DNA from: Vulcanimicrobiota bacterium
Lineage (GTDB): Bacteria; Vulcanimicrobiota; Vulcanimicrobiia; Vulcanimicrobiales; Vulcanimicrobiaceae
Assembly: GCA_963812155.1 (NCBI GenBank)
Contig: CAWETW010000003.1
Coordinates: forward strand, 96,001 to 160,000
DNA: 64,000 nt
Reading direction: 5' to 3'
The notes under the pieces are model-generated. The model searched no databases, was not told the DNA's origin, and saw only the letters and a list, made by a program, of their open reading frames with translations. Shown piece by piece: positions 19,377 to 28,897 of the stretch (the first letter of the stretch is position 1; each line of letters starts with the position of its first letter). Both the position numbers and the translations under genes were made by a program.

Positions 19377-20902
19377 TTCGTTCCGGTCATGCGGGCGACG
19401 ACGCGTTCGACCTTGACCAGGCGCGTCTTCGTCCAGCGATCGTGCAGCAGCACGCGCCGCCAAAAGAAACTCAGCACGATGATGAGCGGCCACAGGAGCA
19501 TCGCAAGCAAATAGCGCGCGGCCGATCGCCACACGCCCGGCCGGCGAAAATCGATGGTGACGACGCGCAGCCCGGCGATCATCATGCCGAAGGTCTGACC
19601 GGCCAACGTGACGAGCAGCGCCATGTAGACCGCAAACCAGAACGTCTTTCCCGTCGAGTTGTTGGGATCGACGAGCCTCGACGTGATTTTGAGCCCGCCG
19701 ATTTGAAAGACCGGTGCGTTACCGCTCGTGTCGATCGTGACCGGCCCAATGTCCACGTCCTCGCGTCCGGTTTTTGCTGCTGCCGACGCCGCCGTACTCG
19801 GACGGCTCGACGTGACCGATCGCGACTCGGCCGCGCCCGCGAGCGGATTGCGCCAACGGTAGCCCGGCGAGGGCTTCGTCTCCGGCGCCGCGGAGGGCGA
19901 AGGGGAGGATTCTTGGATTTGCACGGGGCTTGAAGCGTTCGTGCCGTTGCCGCTTCCGCCGGAAAACGAGTTGATGATGGCGAGCACCACCACGACGTCG
20001 ATCGCGCCAGCGGCGACACGCCGCCACCAGCCGGCGCAGTCGCGGGTGTCGACGGTACCCGAACCGGGTGCGGCCAGCGCCGGCGGTTCCTCGCCGCGCT
20101 CGCGCGCGAACCATTCCGTTCCGGCCGCATAGGCCGGCGTTGCGATGAACGCGCCCAGCGCGGCGATCCGCGTCGTGGCGTAGGGCTCGCTGCCGAGCCA
20201 GGTTCCCCAGCGCGAAACCGAGTCGGCTTGAATCTCGGCGTGCTGCTCGGCAAACGCCTGATAATCGACCTTGCGTCCGAACTCGTGAAATTCGGCGACG
20301 CCGATCGCGCGAATGGCCGCGTCGAGCGAACCGCAGCACAGCAGCCCGACTTTGTCGCACGTCATCGTGCAGCGCCGCAGCCATCCGCCGAAGATGAGCG
20401 ATATGAGCGGATTCTCCTTACCGTTGACGCTGAGCAGCGAGAGAAAACGCGTGTGCCCGGCCGCGATGTGCCCGAGTTCGCGGCCGATCATAAACGCCAG
20501 CTCGTCGTCGCGGAACACCTCGATCCAGTGGCTGCTGAGCACGAGCGCGTACGGCTCTCCGAATCCGAGCGCGGCAACCGGAACGTAGTTGTCCTCGCGC
20601 GCAAAAACCAGCGGCATCGGAATCTCGAGCGCCGCGCACGCACGTTTGACGATCGCAAAGACGCGCGGATATTGCGCGTCGTGCACGCGCACGCTCGAGC
20701 CGAGCAGCCGCCCTCGGGCCAGCGTCACGTACACCATCGCAATGACGATGAAGAGCGCGACCTGCGAGGCGCCGATCGACTCGTGCAGCACGTAACCGAT
20801 GAGCAGCGCAGCGGGCAGCGCGCAAATGGCGGTCAGCCAGAAGGCCACTCGTTCCGCTGGGTCCCGCAGCGAGAACGGGCCTTGGAAGAGCGATTGCTCC
20901 AT
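19373..20902 (-). CDS. M48/HtpX-like domain fused to a C-terminal RDD domain (metal ligands degenerate)
   Basis: Two TMs, ELAFMIGRELGH (HExxH position), then RDD motifs WWRRVAAGAID, GQTFGMMIAGLRVV, LHDRWTKTRLV. Confidence 0.8.
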   Translation of the reverse strand: MEQSLFQGPFSLRDPAERVAFWLTAICALPAALLIGYVLHESIGASQVALFIVIAMVYVTLARGRLLGSSVRVHDAQYPRVFAIVKRACAALEIPMPLVFAREDNYVPVAALGFGEPYALVLSSHWIEVFRDDELAFMIGRELGHIAAGHTRFLSLLSVNGKENPLISLIFGGWLRRCTMTCDKVGLLCCGSLDAAIRAIGVAEFHEFGRKVDYQAFAEQHAEIQADSVSRWGTWLGSEPYATTRIAALGAFIATPAYAAGTEWFARERGEEPPALAAPGSGTVDTRDCAGWWRRVAAGAIDVVVVLAIINSFSGGSGNGTNASSPVQIQESSPSPSAAPETKPSPGYRWRNPLAGAAESRSVTSSRPSTAASAAAKTGREDVDIGPVTIDTSGNAPVFQIGGLKITSRLVDPNNSTGKTFWFAVYMALLVTLAGQTFGMMIAGLRVVTIDFRRPGVWRSAARYLLAMLLWPLIIVLSFFWRRVLLHDRWTKTRLVKVERVVARMTGTN

Positions 20903-20976
20903 TTGGCTCTCGGGCTTGGCGGCCGCTGGCGCCGTCTCCGCCTCCAAGGCAATTTCAAACAAATGTGGCCGAGGGG

Positions 20977-21005
20977 TTGACAAGGGCGTCCGTCTTTCCT
21001 ATTAT
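20977..21005 (+). promoter_or_regulatory. Sigma-70 promoter of the YtrA-ABC operon
   Basis: TTGACA (20977-20982), 17 bp spacer, TATTAT (21000-21005). Confidence 0.85.
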
Positions 21006-21040
21006 ACTAGTGTACTAGTACAACAGTAGGTTGGTACTAG
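21005..21040. promoter_or_regulatory. Probable GntR/YtrA operator
   Basis: Palindrome TGTACTAGTACA (21011-21022) and TACTAG at 21005, 21013 and 21035, overlapping the predicted start site; resembles YtrA-subfamily TGTA..TACA boxes. Confidence 0.65.
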
Positions 21041-21060
21041 AGATGAAAGGACCAAACAAC

Positions 21061-21177
21061 ATGACGTATTTCGCAACCGATCCGGCCCAAAACGAAACCT
21101 CCCGCGAGCTTCGCACGACCGTGCGCCTGCCCGCCCAGGCCGGTCGCATCTTCCAAGGCTGGGGCCCGAAGTTCTAA
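21061..21177 (+). CDS. Unannotated 38-aa peptide at the head of the YtrA operon
   Basis: GAAAGGA RBS, then ATG; MTYFATDPAQNETSRELRTTVRLPAQAGRIFQGWGPKF*. Confidence 0.65.
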   Translation: MTYFATDPAQNETSRELRTTVRLPAQAGRIFQGWGPKF

Positions 21178-21195
21178 GAGGCTCGAGGCAAGGAA

Positions 21196-21594
21196 ATGCC
21201 GGCCGTACTGACGGTCGACTCGCGTAGCGGCGTTCCGATCTACCTTCAGATCGTCGAACAAGTCAAGCGCTCGGTCGCACTAGGAGTCCTGCGGGCGGGG
21301 GAACAGCTCCCCACCGTCAAGCAGCTCGCTCTCGACCTGACGATCAACCCGAATACCGTTGCGCGGGCCTATCGCGATCTCGAACGCGACAGCGTCATCG
21401 AGACCGCGCCGGGACGAGGGTCGTTCGTCCGGAGCGACGGAGCGGTCGACTCCGCACGAAGCGCCGCGGCCGACGTCGCGCGTGATGCCATCTCGGTCGC
21501 GCTGCGCGAAGCGAAATCCGTCGGGCTGTCGCGCGCCGAGGTTCGCAAACTCGTCGATGTGTCTATCGACCGGTGGTTTCCGGAGGAAGCATGA
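21196..21594 (+). CDS. ytrA: GntR family regulator, YtrA subfamily
   Basis: PIYLQIVEQVK...LPTVKQLALDLTINPNTVARAYRDLE...GRGSFV; short C-terminal domain; followed by ABC genes. Confidence 0.88.
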   Translation: MPAVLTVDSRSGVPIYLQIVEQVKRSVALGVLRAGEQLPTVKQLALDLTINPNTVARAYRDLERDSVIETAPGRGSFVRSDGAVDSARSAAADVARDAISVALREAKSVGLSRAEVRKLVDVSIDRWFPEEA

Positions 21595-22502
21595 GTACGA
21601 TACAGATCTCTCATTTGAGTAAGAGTTACGGCAAGTTTCCGGCCGTCAGCGACCTCTCGCTCGAGGTGCCGTCCGGCAGCGTCTACGGCTTGCTCGGACC
21701 CAACGGCGCCGGTAAGACGACCGTTTTCAAATGCATTTTGGGCTTGTCGCGCGCCTCGGGCGGCGACGTGCTCTACGACGGCCGTCCACTCGCGCCCGAG
21801 ACGTTTGCGGAAATCGCGTACGTGCCCGAGCGCAGCGTGCTCTACGAATGGATGAGCGTGGCCGAACACGTGGAGATGAATCGACGCGCGTTCGCGGCAT
21901 TCGATCCGTCGCGCGCGTTGGATTTACTGGGTCAGTTCAACGTCGACCCGCGCAAACGGGTACGCACGCTCTCTAAAGGCATGCGCACCGCCGTGATGGT
22001 GGCGCTCGCGTTTGCGCGTAACGCGCGAATTTTGGTCCTCGACGAACCGACGAGCGGGCTCGATCCCGTCAACCAGCGCCACGTGCTGAGCCTGATCATC
22101 AACGAAGCCGCGCGCGGGAATTCGGTCGTCTTCTCGTCGCATCAAATCGGTCAGGTCGAGCGCGCCGCCGAGCGGATTGCGGTGATCGATCGCGGGCGTT
22201 TGGTGCTCGAAGGTTTGGTCGACGATCTCAAGGCCGATCGCAAGATCGTCGAAGGCATCGTCCCCGACGCAACGTCGTCGCTCGACGGCATTACCGGCGA
22301 TCCGCGCATCGCGCGCGTCGACCGCACCGAACGCATCGTGCGGCTGCTCGTGATGGCCGGTGCCGACGATATCGCCACGCGGCTCACGCACTTGGGCGCC
22401 AGCGGCGTGCGCGTGCTCGACTTGAACTTGGAAGACATTTTTCTCTACGCCGTTTCGCCGGCCGATGCAACGGCGGACGTCGTTTCTGGGAGTACCTCAT
22501 GA
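21591..22502 (+). CDS. ABC transporter ATP-binding protein
   Basis: Walker A GPNGAGKT, signature LSKGM, Walker B LVLDEPT, H-loop SSH. Confidence 0.95.
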   Translation: MSTIQISHLSKSYGKFPAVSDLSLEVPSGSVYGLLGPNGAGKTTVFKCILGLSRASGGDVLYDGRPLAPETFAEIAYVPERSVLYEWMSVAEHVEMNRRAFAAFDPSRALDLLGQFNVDPRKRVRTLSKGMRTAVMVALAFARNARILVLDEPTSGLDPVNQRHVLSLIINEAARGNSVVFSSHQIGQVERAAERIAVIDRGRLVLEGLVDDLKADRKIVEGIVPDATSSLDGITGDPRIARVDRTERIVRLLVMAGADDIATRLTHLGASGVRVLDLNLEDIFLYAVSPADATADVVSGSTS

Positions 22503-23527
22503 CTTACGTGGAATGGCTGCGCGTTCGAGCAGCCCTCAAGTGGACGGCGATCGTTTTGGGTGGCCTTCTCGTGCTCGAGATCGTGCTGCGCCTCGTGCTG
22601 TCGGCGACCGGGCACGGCGATGCCCTCGCATTCGTGCACGGCATGCAGACCGACCCCGGTTCGCACGTCGTCACGACGACGCTTCCGGACGGAACCCAAC
22701 GCACCACCATCGAGAACGCAAAACACGACGTGAACGTCGTCATCGACGATAACGGGTATAGCGGTAAGCGAATCACGATTACGTCGGCGCACGGAGATTC
22801 CGACACGCCCAAGAGCGTTACGATGGGCAGCGTGGACGTTCGCTCGTCGCTGGACGGCCACAAGACGATTACGACGATCGAGACGGACCGGCCGGAGACG
22901 TTCTTTCTCCACGCTGCGATAGCGACCGCGATCACGCTGATCGTCGCGACGGTTCTCGCCGCACCGTTCGCGCGTGAAAACGACGGCCATTTGGAGATCG
23001 CGCTTACCAAGCCGATCGGCAGGGTCTCGCTGGCGTTGAAGCTCATCGGCGTGGATTTGCTCGGGTTGTTGGGGGTATGGGTGCTGTCGGCAATCTTCTT
23101 GATCGCCGCACACAGCATTTTCCAGCAGCCGCGATTCATCTTCGGTCCGAACGACGCGGCCGCGATACTGCTCGGTTGGCTGGGAGTTGCCGCGTGGTAC
23201 GCTTTCCTTTGCGCCGCAACCGCTTCGATGCGTCGCGGATTTGGACTCGTGCTCGGACTCGTACCGCTCGCGTCGTTCATCATCGTTCCGCTTGCAAAGG
23301 CGAAGCTCGGCGATTCTCAGGTCGCGCAGATGATCCACTGGATCGTCACGCCGCTGGCGGTGATCAATCCCTTTTATTACCTGCACTTCGGCGTGCCGGC
23401 CACGGTAGATGGCCGGCCCGTCGGCGCGGCCGCGGTGCTGCCGCAATACGAACTGCCCGCCCTAGCGATTCTCGCTGTGGTTTACCTAACGCTCGCCGTG
23501 CTGCAATGGCGCCGCGTGGAGGCCTGA
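22499..23527 (+). CDS. ABC-2-type permease
   Basis: N-terminal TM, extracytoplasmic loop, about 5 further TMs; ATGA coupling to the ATPase. Confidence 0.8.
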   Translation: MTYVEWLRVRAALKWTAIVLGGLLVLEIVLRLVLSATGHGDALAFVHGMQTDPGSHVVTTTLPDGTQRTTIENAKHDVNVVIDDNGYSGKRITITSAHGDSDTPKSVTMGSVDVRSSLDGHKTITTIETDRPETFFLHAAIATAITLIVATVLAAPFARENDGHLEIALTKPIGRVSLALKLIGVDLLGLLGVWVLSAIFLIAAHSIFQQPRFIFGPNDAAAILLGWLGVAAWYAFLCAATASMRRGFGLVLGLVPLASFIIVPLAKAKLGDSQVAQMIHWIVTPLAVINPFYYLHFGVPATVDGRPVGAAAVLPQYELPALAILAVVYLTLAVLQWRRVEA

Positions 23528-23529
23528 AG

Positions 23530-23682
23530 ATGGAACTATTCGGAACGACCTTTACCCTGTCGCTGGGCGCGTGGCGCCTCCGTTTCCTGCTCGCACTCGA
23601 AGACTCCGACTCAACGCCTCCGCCGAAGGTGCCGCCGCCGCATCACGTGCGGATCGTTCCCGACAACGAATACGCCCGCTGA
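23530..23682 (+). CDS. Unannotated 50-aa protein closing the YtrA operon
   Basis: ATG 2 nt after the permease stop with GGAGG upstream; MELFGTTFTLSLGAWRLRFLLALEDSDSTPPPKVPPPHHVRIVPDNEYAR*. Confidence 0.55.
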   Translation: MELFGTTFTLSLGAWRLRFLLALEDSDSTPPPKVPPPHHVRIVPDNEYAR

Positions 23683-23689
23683 CCGACGT

Positions 23690-24853
23690 TTAGTATATAA
23701 ACCCGTTGCGGACGGCGGGACGCGCAAACTTGAAGCCGCCGCCGCTGACGGTGTAGACGTAAATGTTCGGAATCAGCGGATCGCCGAATACGTTGAAGTT
23801 GTACTGGCCGACGAGCGTCGTAATCGTAGGGCTGCGCTGCATGGATGAGAGCAGCGAGACGCGCGTGTAGGCGGCGCTGCGGCGGGATGCGGAGATCAGC
23901 ACTTGCGCGGCGGCGTAGCCGTAGGCCGAGAAGGCCGTAATCGGACCGACTTCGCGTTGGAAGTCGGTCAGCAGCCCCACCGCGCTGGGGATACGCTCGA
24001 GCGGCGGAAGCGAGGATGCGACGTAGGCGCCGTCGAGCGTTTTGGAATACGTCGCCAGCGTGTCGCCGTTGTAGAAGCCGTCGCTGGCGCCGAAATCGCC
24101 GCGATAGCCGGCCAGCCGCAGCGCTTCGGCGAGCGGGCCGAGACCGGCCGTCGTTCCGCAGAGAAAAACATAGCCTGGGCTGTGTTGCAGCACCGTGCGC
24201 GCTGCCTGCGCCGGATCGAAGCCCTTGACCGGGAAAAGCAGTACGTCGGCATCGTGGCGTTCGGACTTCGCCTCCTGCACGAAGCCACGCGCCACGTCGT
24301 AGCCATAGTCGCCGTCGAGCGAGACGGCGAGCGCGGAGACGCCGCGCTTTTCCGGTAAGACCGTCGACGCGAACAGACGTCCCGAGGTGCTGTCCTTTGC
24401 CGGTAGGCGAAAGACGTTGTGATAGTTGCGATTCGTGACCGCGTCGGCGGTAACGGTCGGAACGACGAGCGCAAAGTTGACGTTAGCGTAGCGCGACAGC
24501 GCGGCGAGCGTCATGGGCGCGGTGAGGTTGCCGACGATGCCGATCACGGTGGAGTCGGCCGCGGCGACGCTGGCGTTGGTGGCCGCGAGTGCGACGTCGT
24601 TGCGATCGTCGTACGCGCGCATGCCCCAGACGCGCGAAATCGGTGCGGTAAACCGGTTCGTTTCGTCGACCGCGGCCTGCACGCCGCGCACGACCTCCGT
24701 GCCGTACTTCTCCAGCGGTCCCGAAAGCGTGACGTTGACGCCGATCGTGACCTGCTGCAGAAACGCCGGGTTGTTGTACTGCGCGCGCGCGGGCGCCGCG
24801 AGCGCGCTCGCGACGGCGCCGCCGGCTGCCGCGACGAACGCCGACCGCTTCAT
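23690..24853 (-). CDS. Branched-chain amino acid ABC substrate-binding protein (LivJ/LivK-like)
   Basis: Signal peptide; IGVNVTLSGP, YDDRND, VFRLPAKDS, DYGYDVA, YGYAAAQ. Confidence 0.85.
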   Translation of the reverse strand: MKRSAFVAAAGGAVASALAAPARAQYNNPAFLQQVTIGVNVTLSGPLEKYGTEVVRGVQAAVDETNRFTAPISRVWGMRAYDDRNDVALAATNASVAAADSTVIGIVGNLTAPMTLAALSRYANVNFALVVPTVTADAVTNRNYHNVFRLPAKDSTSGRLFASTVLPEKRGVSALAVSLDGDYGYDVARGFVQEAKSERHDADVLLFPVKGFDPAQAARTVLQHSPGYVFLCGTTAGLGPLAEALRLAGYRGDFGASDGFYNGDTLATYSKTLDGAYVASSLPPLERIPSAVGLLTDFQREVGPITAFSAYGYAAAQVLISASRRSAAYTRVSLLSSMQRSPTITTLVGQYNFNVFGDPLIPNIYVYTVSGGGFKFARPAVRNGFIY

Positions 24854-25716
24854 GCCGGAGCTCCCGGCGCGTGCGCGTAGCTCGCAAAGGTCGTCGCAAG
24901 GAACACGACCGAAAACGTCATGTTGGCGATGAAGATGCGCTCGTTGAGCACGAAGACGTTTTCGGCGACGCGGAACGCGCGATCTTCGTAAACCACCAGC
25001 AGCGCGGCCGCGGCAACGCCGGCATAGTAGAGCGGCGCGGCGTGTGCGGCGGCGCCCGCCAGCGCGAGCAGCGCGGTCATCGCGACGTGGAGTGCGATCG
25101 GCAGCGTGCGGGCGCTGCGTTCGCCGAATCGCGCCGGAAGCGATCGGATGCCCTGCGCGCGATCGACGCGTAGATCCATCAGCGCGTAGACGATGTCGAA
25201 GCCGGCCACCCAGACGGTCACCGCCGCAAACAGCAGCAGCGCCGCCCAGCTCACGCGGCCTGCGATGCCGATGTAGGCGCCCAACGGAGCGAGTCCGTCG
25301 ACCGCCCCCAGCACGAAATGCGTGACCCAGGTGACGCGTTTGCAAAGCGGATAGAGCAGGACGCCGGCGCCGGCGATCGGCAGCAATCGAACGCAAAGCG
25401 GATTGAGCATCCACGCCGCCCACAGCAGCACCGCGAGTCCGGCAACGATTGCTGCGAGCATCGAAAGGGGCGAGAGCGTGCCGGCGGCAAGCGCGCGCCG
25501 CGCGGTGCGCGGATTGCGTGCGTCAATGTCGCGATCGAAATACCGGTTGGCGGCCATTGCCGCGGTGCGGGCACCCAAGACCGCGAGCGTGATCCAGCCG
25601 AGGGCCGGCAACGGCGGAAGACCGCGCGCGGCGATCAGCGCGCCGGCGTACGCGAACGGCAGCGCGAAGAGCGTGTGCTCGACGCGAATTTCCCGTAGGA
25701 AGAGCGCGGCTTTCAT
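24850..25716 (-). CDS. ubiA: UbiA-family prenyltransferase (MqnP-like)
   Basis: IRVEHTLFALPF, AMAANRYFDRDIDARNPRT, GFDIVYALMD. Confidence 0.9.
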   Translation of the reverse strand: MKAALFLREIRVEHTLFALPFAYAGALIAARGLPPLPALGWITLAVLGARTAAMAANRYFDRDIDARNPRTARRALAAGTLSPLSMLAAIVAGLAVLLWAAWMLNPLCVRLLPIAGAGVLLYPLCKRVTWVTHFVLGAVDGLAPLGAYIGIAGRVSWAALLLFAAVTVWVAGFDIVYALMDLRVDRAQGIRSLPARFGERSARTLPIALHVAMTALLALAGAAAHAAPLYYAGVAAAALLVVYEDRAFRVAENVFVLNERIFIANMTFSVVFLATTFASYAHAPGAPA

Positions 25717-27242
25717 CACGGCGCGCCGTCCGGGCGTAAGAGCCGCGCGAGCGCCGGCGGTCCCTGCCCCGACCAATCGTCGGTGCGCAGCGCGCCGGCA
25801 AGGCCTTCGAGACCGTACTCGCGCCAACGTTTGCTCACGAGCGCGCGCACCTTCGCATCCATCACCATATCGGGCGGCCACTCGCGCGCGTACCCTTCGG
25901 CGGCATCCTTGCGGGTCGCATCGATGCCCATTTTGGTGCCGTAGGCGATGTCGTACGATCCGTGATCCAAATCGTCGACCGGTCCCGGCATCGTCACGAG
26001 GTCGCGATCCGGAGCGATATTGTTGAGCACGAACCAGGCGACGCTGCGCGTGTCCTGCACGTCGACGTCGGCGTCGACGACGATCAAGACGCGCGTCAAC
26101 ATCATCATGTGACCGAGTCCCCAAAGCGCGCTCATGACTTTTTTTGCATGGCCCGGATACGCTTTGCGGATCGAGACGATTGCGAGGTTGTGGAAGCCGC
26201 CTTCGACCGGCAGATTCATGTCGACCACTTCCGGCAGCACGAGTTGAAGCAGCGGCAGAAAGAGCCGTTCGGTCGCCTTCCCCAGCCACGCGTCCTCCAT
26301 CGGAGGTTTGCCGACCACCGTCGCCGCGTACACCGGGTCGCGCCGGTGCGTGATGCACGTGAGATGAAACGTCGGATAGCGGTCGGCGAGACTGTATACG
26401 CCGGTGTGATCGCCGAAGGGACCTTCGACGCGCAAGTCGCGATTGTCGACGTAGCCTTCGAGCACGAACTCCGCTTCCGCGGGAACGAGCAGATCGACGG
26501 TGCGAGCCGGCGTCAGTTCGACCGGCCGCCCGCGCAGCAAGCCGGCAAAAGCGAATTCGTCGAGCAGGGGCGGCAAGGGCGCCGTTGCGGCGTACGTCAG
26601 CACGGGTTCCGTTCCGATTGCAACCGCGACCGGCACCTTGTCGCCCCACGCGGCGGCGTGTGCGCGCCCTTGTTTGTGACGTTGCCAGTGCATGCCGGTT
26701 TCGCGTGCGTTGTACACCTGCATGCGATACATGCCGGCGTTGAAACGTCCGGTCTGCGGATGTTTGGTGATAACGAGCGGCAGCGTGATGAATGGGCCGG
26801 CATCGAGCGGCCACGTCGTAAGAATGGGCAGTTGGGTGAGATCCGGATTGCGCGTGACGACGTCGTGAACGGGAGCGTTGCGAACGATCTTCGGCGTCGC
26901 GTTTGCCAGCGGTGCGAGCCGCATCAAGGCGCCGATTTTTTCGCCCAGCGACGATCCGGGCGGCGCGATGTCGACGAGCCGCCGTATGCGCCCGGCGGCC
27001 TCGTCGAGATCGGCGGCATCGAGCGCCATCGCCATGCGTCGCCGCGTGCCGAACTGATTGGTGAGCACCGGGACCTTCGATCCGGCGGGGCGGGCGAACA
27101 GCAGCGCGGGTCCGCCGGCTTTGACCACGCGATCCGTGATCTCGGCAATCTCGAGATACGGATCGACGCGCGCTTGCACGGTGTGGAGTTCGCCGGCTTT
27201 GCGCAGCGCGCCGATGAAGTCGCGCAGGGACGAGAAGGGCAT
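25716..27242 (-). CDS. ubiD: UbiD-family decarboxylase (menaquinone, MqnL-like)
   Basis: EIAEITDRVVKAGGPALLF, NAGMYRMQ, MHWQRHK, EGPFGDHTG, VGKPPMED. Confidence 0.93.
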   Translation of the reverse strand: MPFSSLRDFIGALRKAGELHTVQARVDPYLEIAEITDRVVKAGGPALLFARPAGSKVPVLTNQFGTRRRMAMALDAADLDEAAGRIRRLVDIAPPGSSLGEKIGALMRLAPLANATPKIVRNAPVHDVVTRNPDLTQLPILTTWPLDAGPFITLPLVITKHPQTGRFNAGMYRMQVYNARETGMHWQRHKQGRAHAAAWGDKVPVAVAIGTEPVLTYAATAPLPPLLDEFAFAGLLRGRPVELTPARTVDLLVPAEAEFVLEGYVDNRDLRVEGPFGDHTGVYSLADRYPTFHLTCITHRRDPVYAATVVGKPPMEDAWLGKATERLFLPLLQLVLPEVVDMNLPVEGGFHNLAIVSIRKAYPGHAKKVMSALWGLGHMMMLTRVLIVVDADVDVQDTRSVAWFVLNNIAPDRDLVTMPGPVDDLDHGSYDIAYGTKMGIDATRKDAAEGYAREWPPDMVMDAKVRALVSKRWREYGLEGLAGALRTDDWSGQGPPALARLLRPDGAP

Positions 27243-27297
27243 GCCTGCTCCTTTACCTCGTCGCGGCGCGCCCCTCTCGGCAAGCTCCTAGGTTCCC

Positions 27298-28225
27298 TTA
27301 CGGCGTGGGCTCGTGCTCCGGAATGGATGCGACGAAGCGCGCACCTCCGCCGTTGGATGCCGTCAACCGCGACCGACCCGGCATGCGCCTGCGCGATCCA
27401 GCGGACGATTGCCAAGCCGAGGCCGGTTCCCGCGCCGTCATCGGATCGGCGGTAGAATCGTTCGAAGATGCGCTCCCGGTCGGCCGGCGGAATGCCGGCA
27501 CCGTCGTCCTCGACGACGATTTCGCAGCATCGCCCGTTGCGTTGCGATGCAATGATCACCGACGTGCGCGCATGGCGCACGGCGTTGTCGAGCAGATTGC
27601 GTGCGAGTTCGCGCAACCGCCGTTCGTCGCCGTCGACGATGGCGCTGACGGCGAGACTCTCGATGCGAACGCCGCGCTCGCGCGCGGACGAAGCGACGTC
27701 GCGCGCGCTGCGCGTTACGACGGCCGCCAGATCGACGGGTTCGCATTGCAGCACGCCTTGGCGCGGCTGGCGGGCCAGCGTCAGCAGGTCGCCGACGATC
27801 GCAGACGCCTCGAGCGCTTGCGCGGCAATCTCTTCGAAGGCGGCGCGCATTTCGGCGGGTTCGGCGCTGCCGGCCGCCTGCGCGACGCTGGCGATTGCCG
27901 CCAGCGGCGAACGCAGTTCGTGTGCCACGTCCGAAGCGAAGACGCGCTCGCGTTCGCGCGCCGCAAAGATCGGCGCGAGCGTCGCACGCGCGAGCGCGTA
28001 GGAGGCCGCGCCGACAGCGATGACGAGCGGCACGTCGAGCAACAGGATCGTGACCAGCACGCGCCGCATCGCGGTCGCCATGGCGGCGTGGCCTTCGGGC
28101 GTGTCCAGCGCCGGCTGCAGCAGCGACGCGTATTCCCGCATCACGAACGCGAACGCACCCGCGTCGAGAACCGCGAGGACGCAAATGAAAATGAGGAGAT
28201 AGAGAGCGGAAGTGCGCGCGATCAA
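27298..28225 (-). CDS. Sensor histidine kinase (2 TM; frameshift near 27360 in the last strand)
   Basis: H-box VAHELRSPL, N-box NLLDNAVRH, DDGAGI, FERFYR, GTGLGLAI; the true tail GGGARFVASIP lies in another frame ending at 27298. Confidence 0.88.
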
Positions 28226-28890
28226 TTGCGCAAGCGGTACCCGACGCCCCAGACCGTCTCGATGAAGCCTTCGTCGCCGAGCTTGCGCAGCTTACGGCGG
28301 AGCTGGCTCACGTACACGTCGACGATATTGCTGGAACCCTCGAAGTCATAGTCCCAGACACGCTCGAGAATCTGCGCGCGCGAGAGCGCGATGCCGGCGT
28401 TCCGCGCCAGCAGTTCGAGCAGCCGGAATTCGGTGGCGCCGAGATCGAGTGCCTTGCCGTCGTAGGATGCGTTGCGTCCGCCGACGTCCACGCGCAGTTT
28501 TCCGACCTCGATCGACGAAACGACCGGACGGTCGCCGCGGCGCAGCAGCGCGCGCAGGCGAGCGATGAGTTCGTTCTCGACGAACGGCTTTACCAGGTAA
28601 TCGTCGGCGCCGCAGTCGAGTCCGGCGACGCGATCTTCGACCGCGTCGCGCGCGGTGAGCATCAGAATGGGCGTGCGCACGCCTTCGGCACGCGCGCCGC
28701 GCGCTACCGCGAACCCGTCGATGCCCGGAAGGCCGACGTCCACGATTGCGGCATCGTAGTTCTCGCCGACGAGGCGGTCCAATCCGGTGCGTCCGTCGGT
28801 CACGATGCTGGCGGCGAACTTCTGAGCTTCGAGCATCGAGCGCACGGCGCGCGCGATCGGGAGGTTATCTTCAACGACCAAGATTCGCAT
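28222..28890 (-). CDS. OmpR/PhoB-family response regulator
   Basis: ILVVED, DVGLPGIDG, LTARD, ADDYLVKPF, VDVYVSQLRRKL, TVWGVGY. Confidence 0.95.
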   Translation of the reverse strand: MRILVVEDNLPIARAVRSMLEAQKFAASIVTDGRTGLDRLVGENYDAAIVDVGLPGIDGFAVARGARAEGVRTPILMLTARDAVEDRVAGLDCGADDYLVKPFVENELIARLRALLRRGDRPVVSSIEVGKLRVDVGGRNASYDGKALDLGATEFRLLELLARNAGIALSRAQILERVWDYDFEGSSNIVDVYVSQLRRKLRKLGDEGFIETVWGVGYRLRN

Positions 28891-28897
28891 GCTTCAC

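Noticed and set aside
26924..27297. C-terminal extension of the histidine kinase overlapping ubiD
   Set aside because: Read-through caused by the frameshift near 27360; the natural kinase tail ends at 27298.
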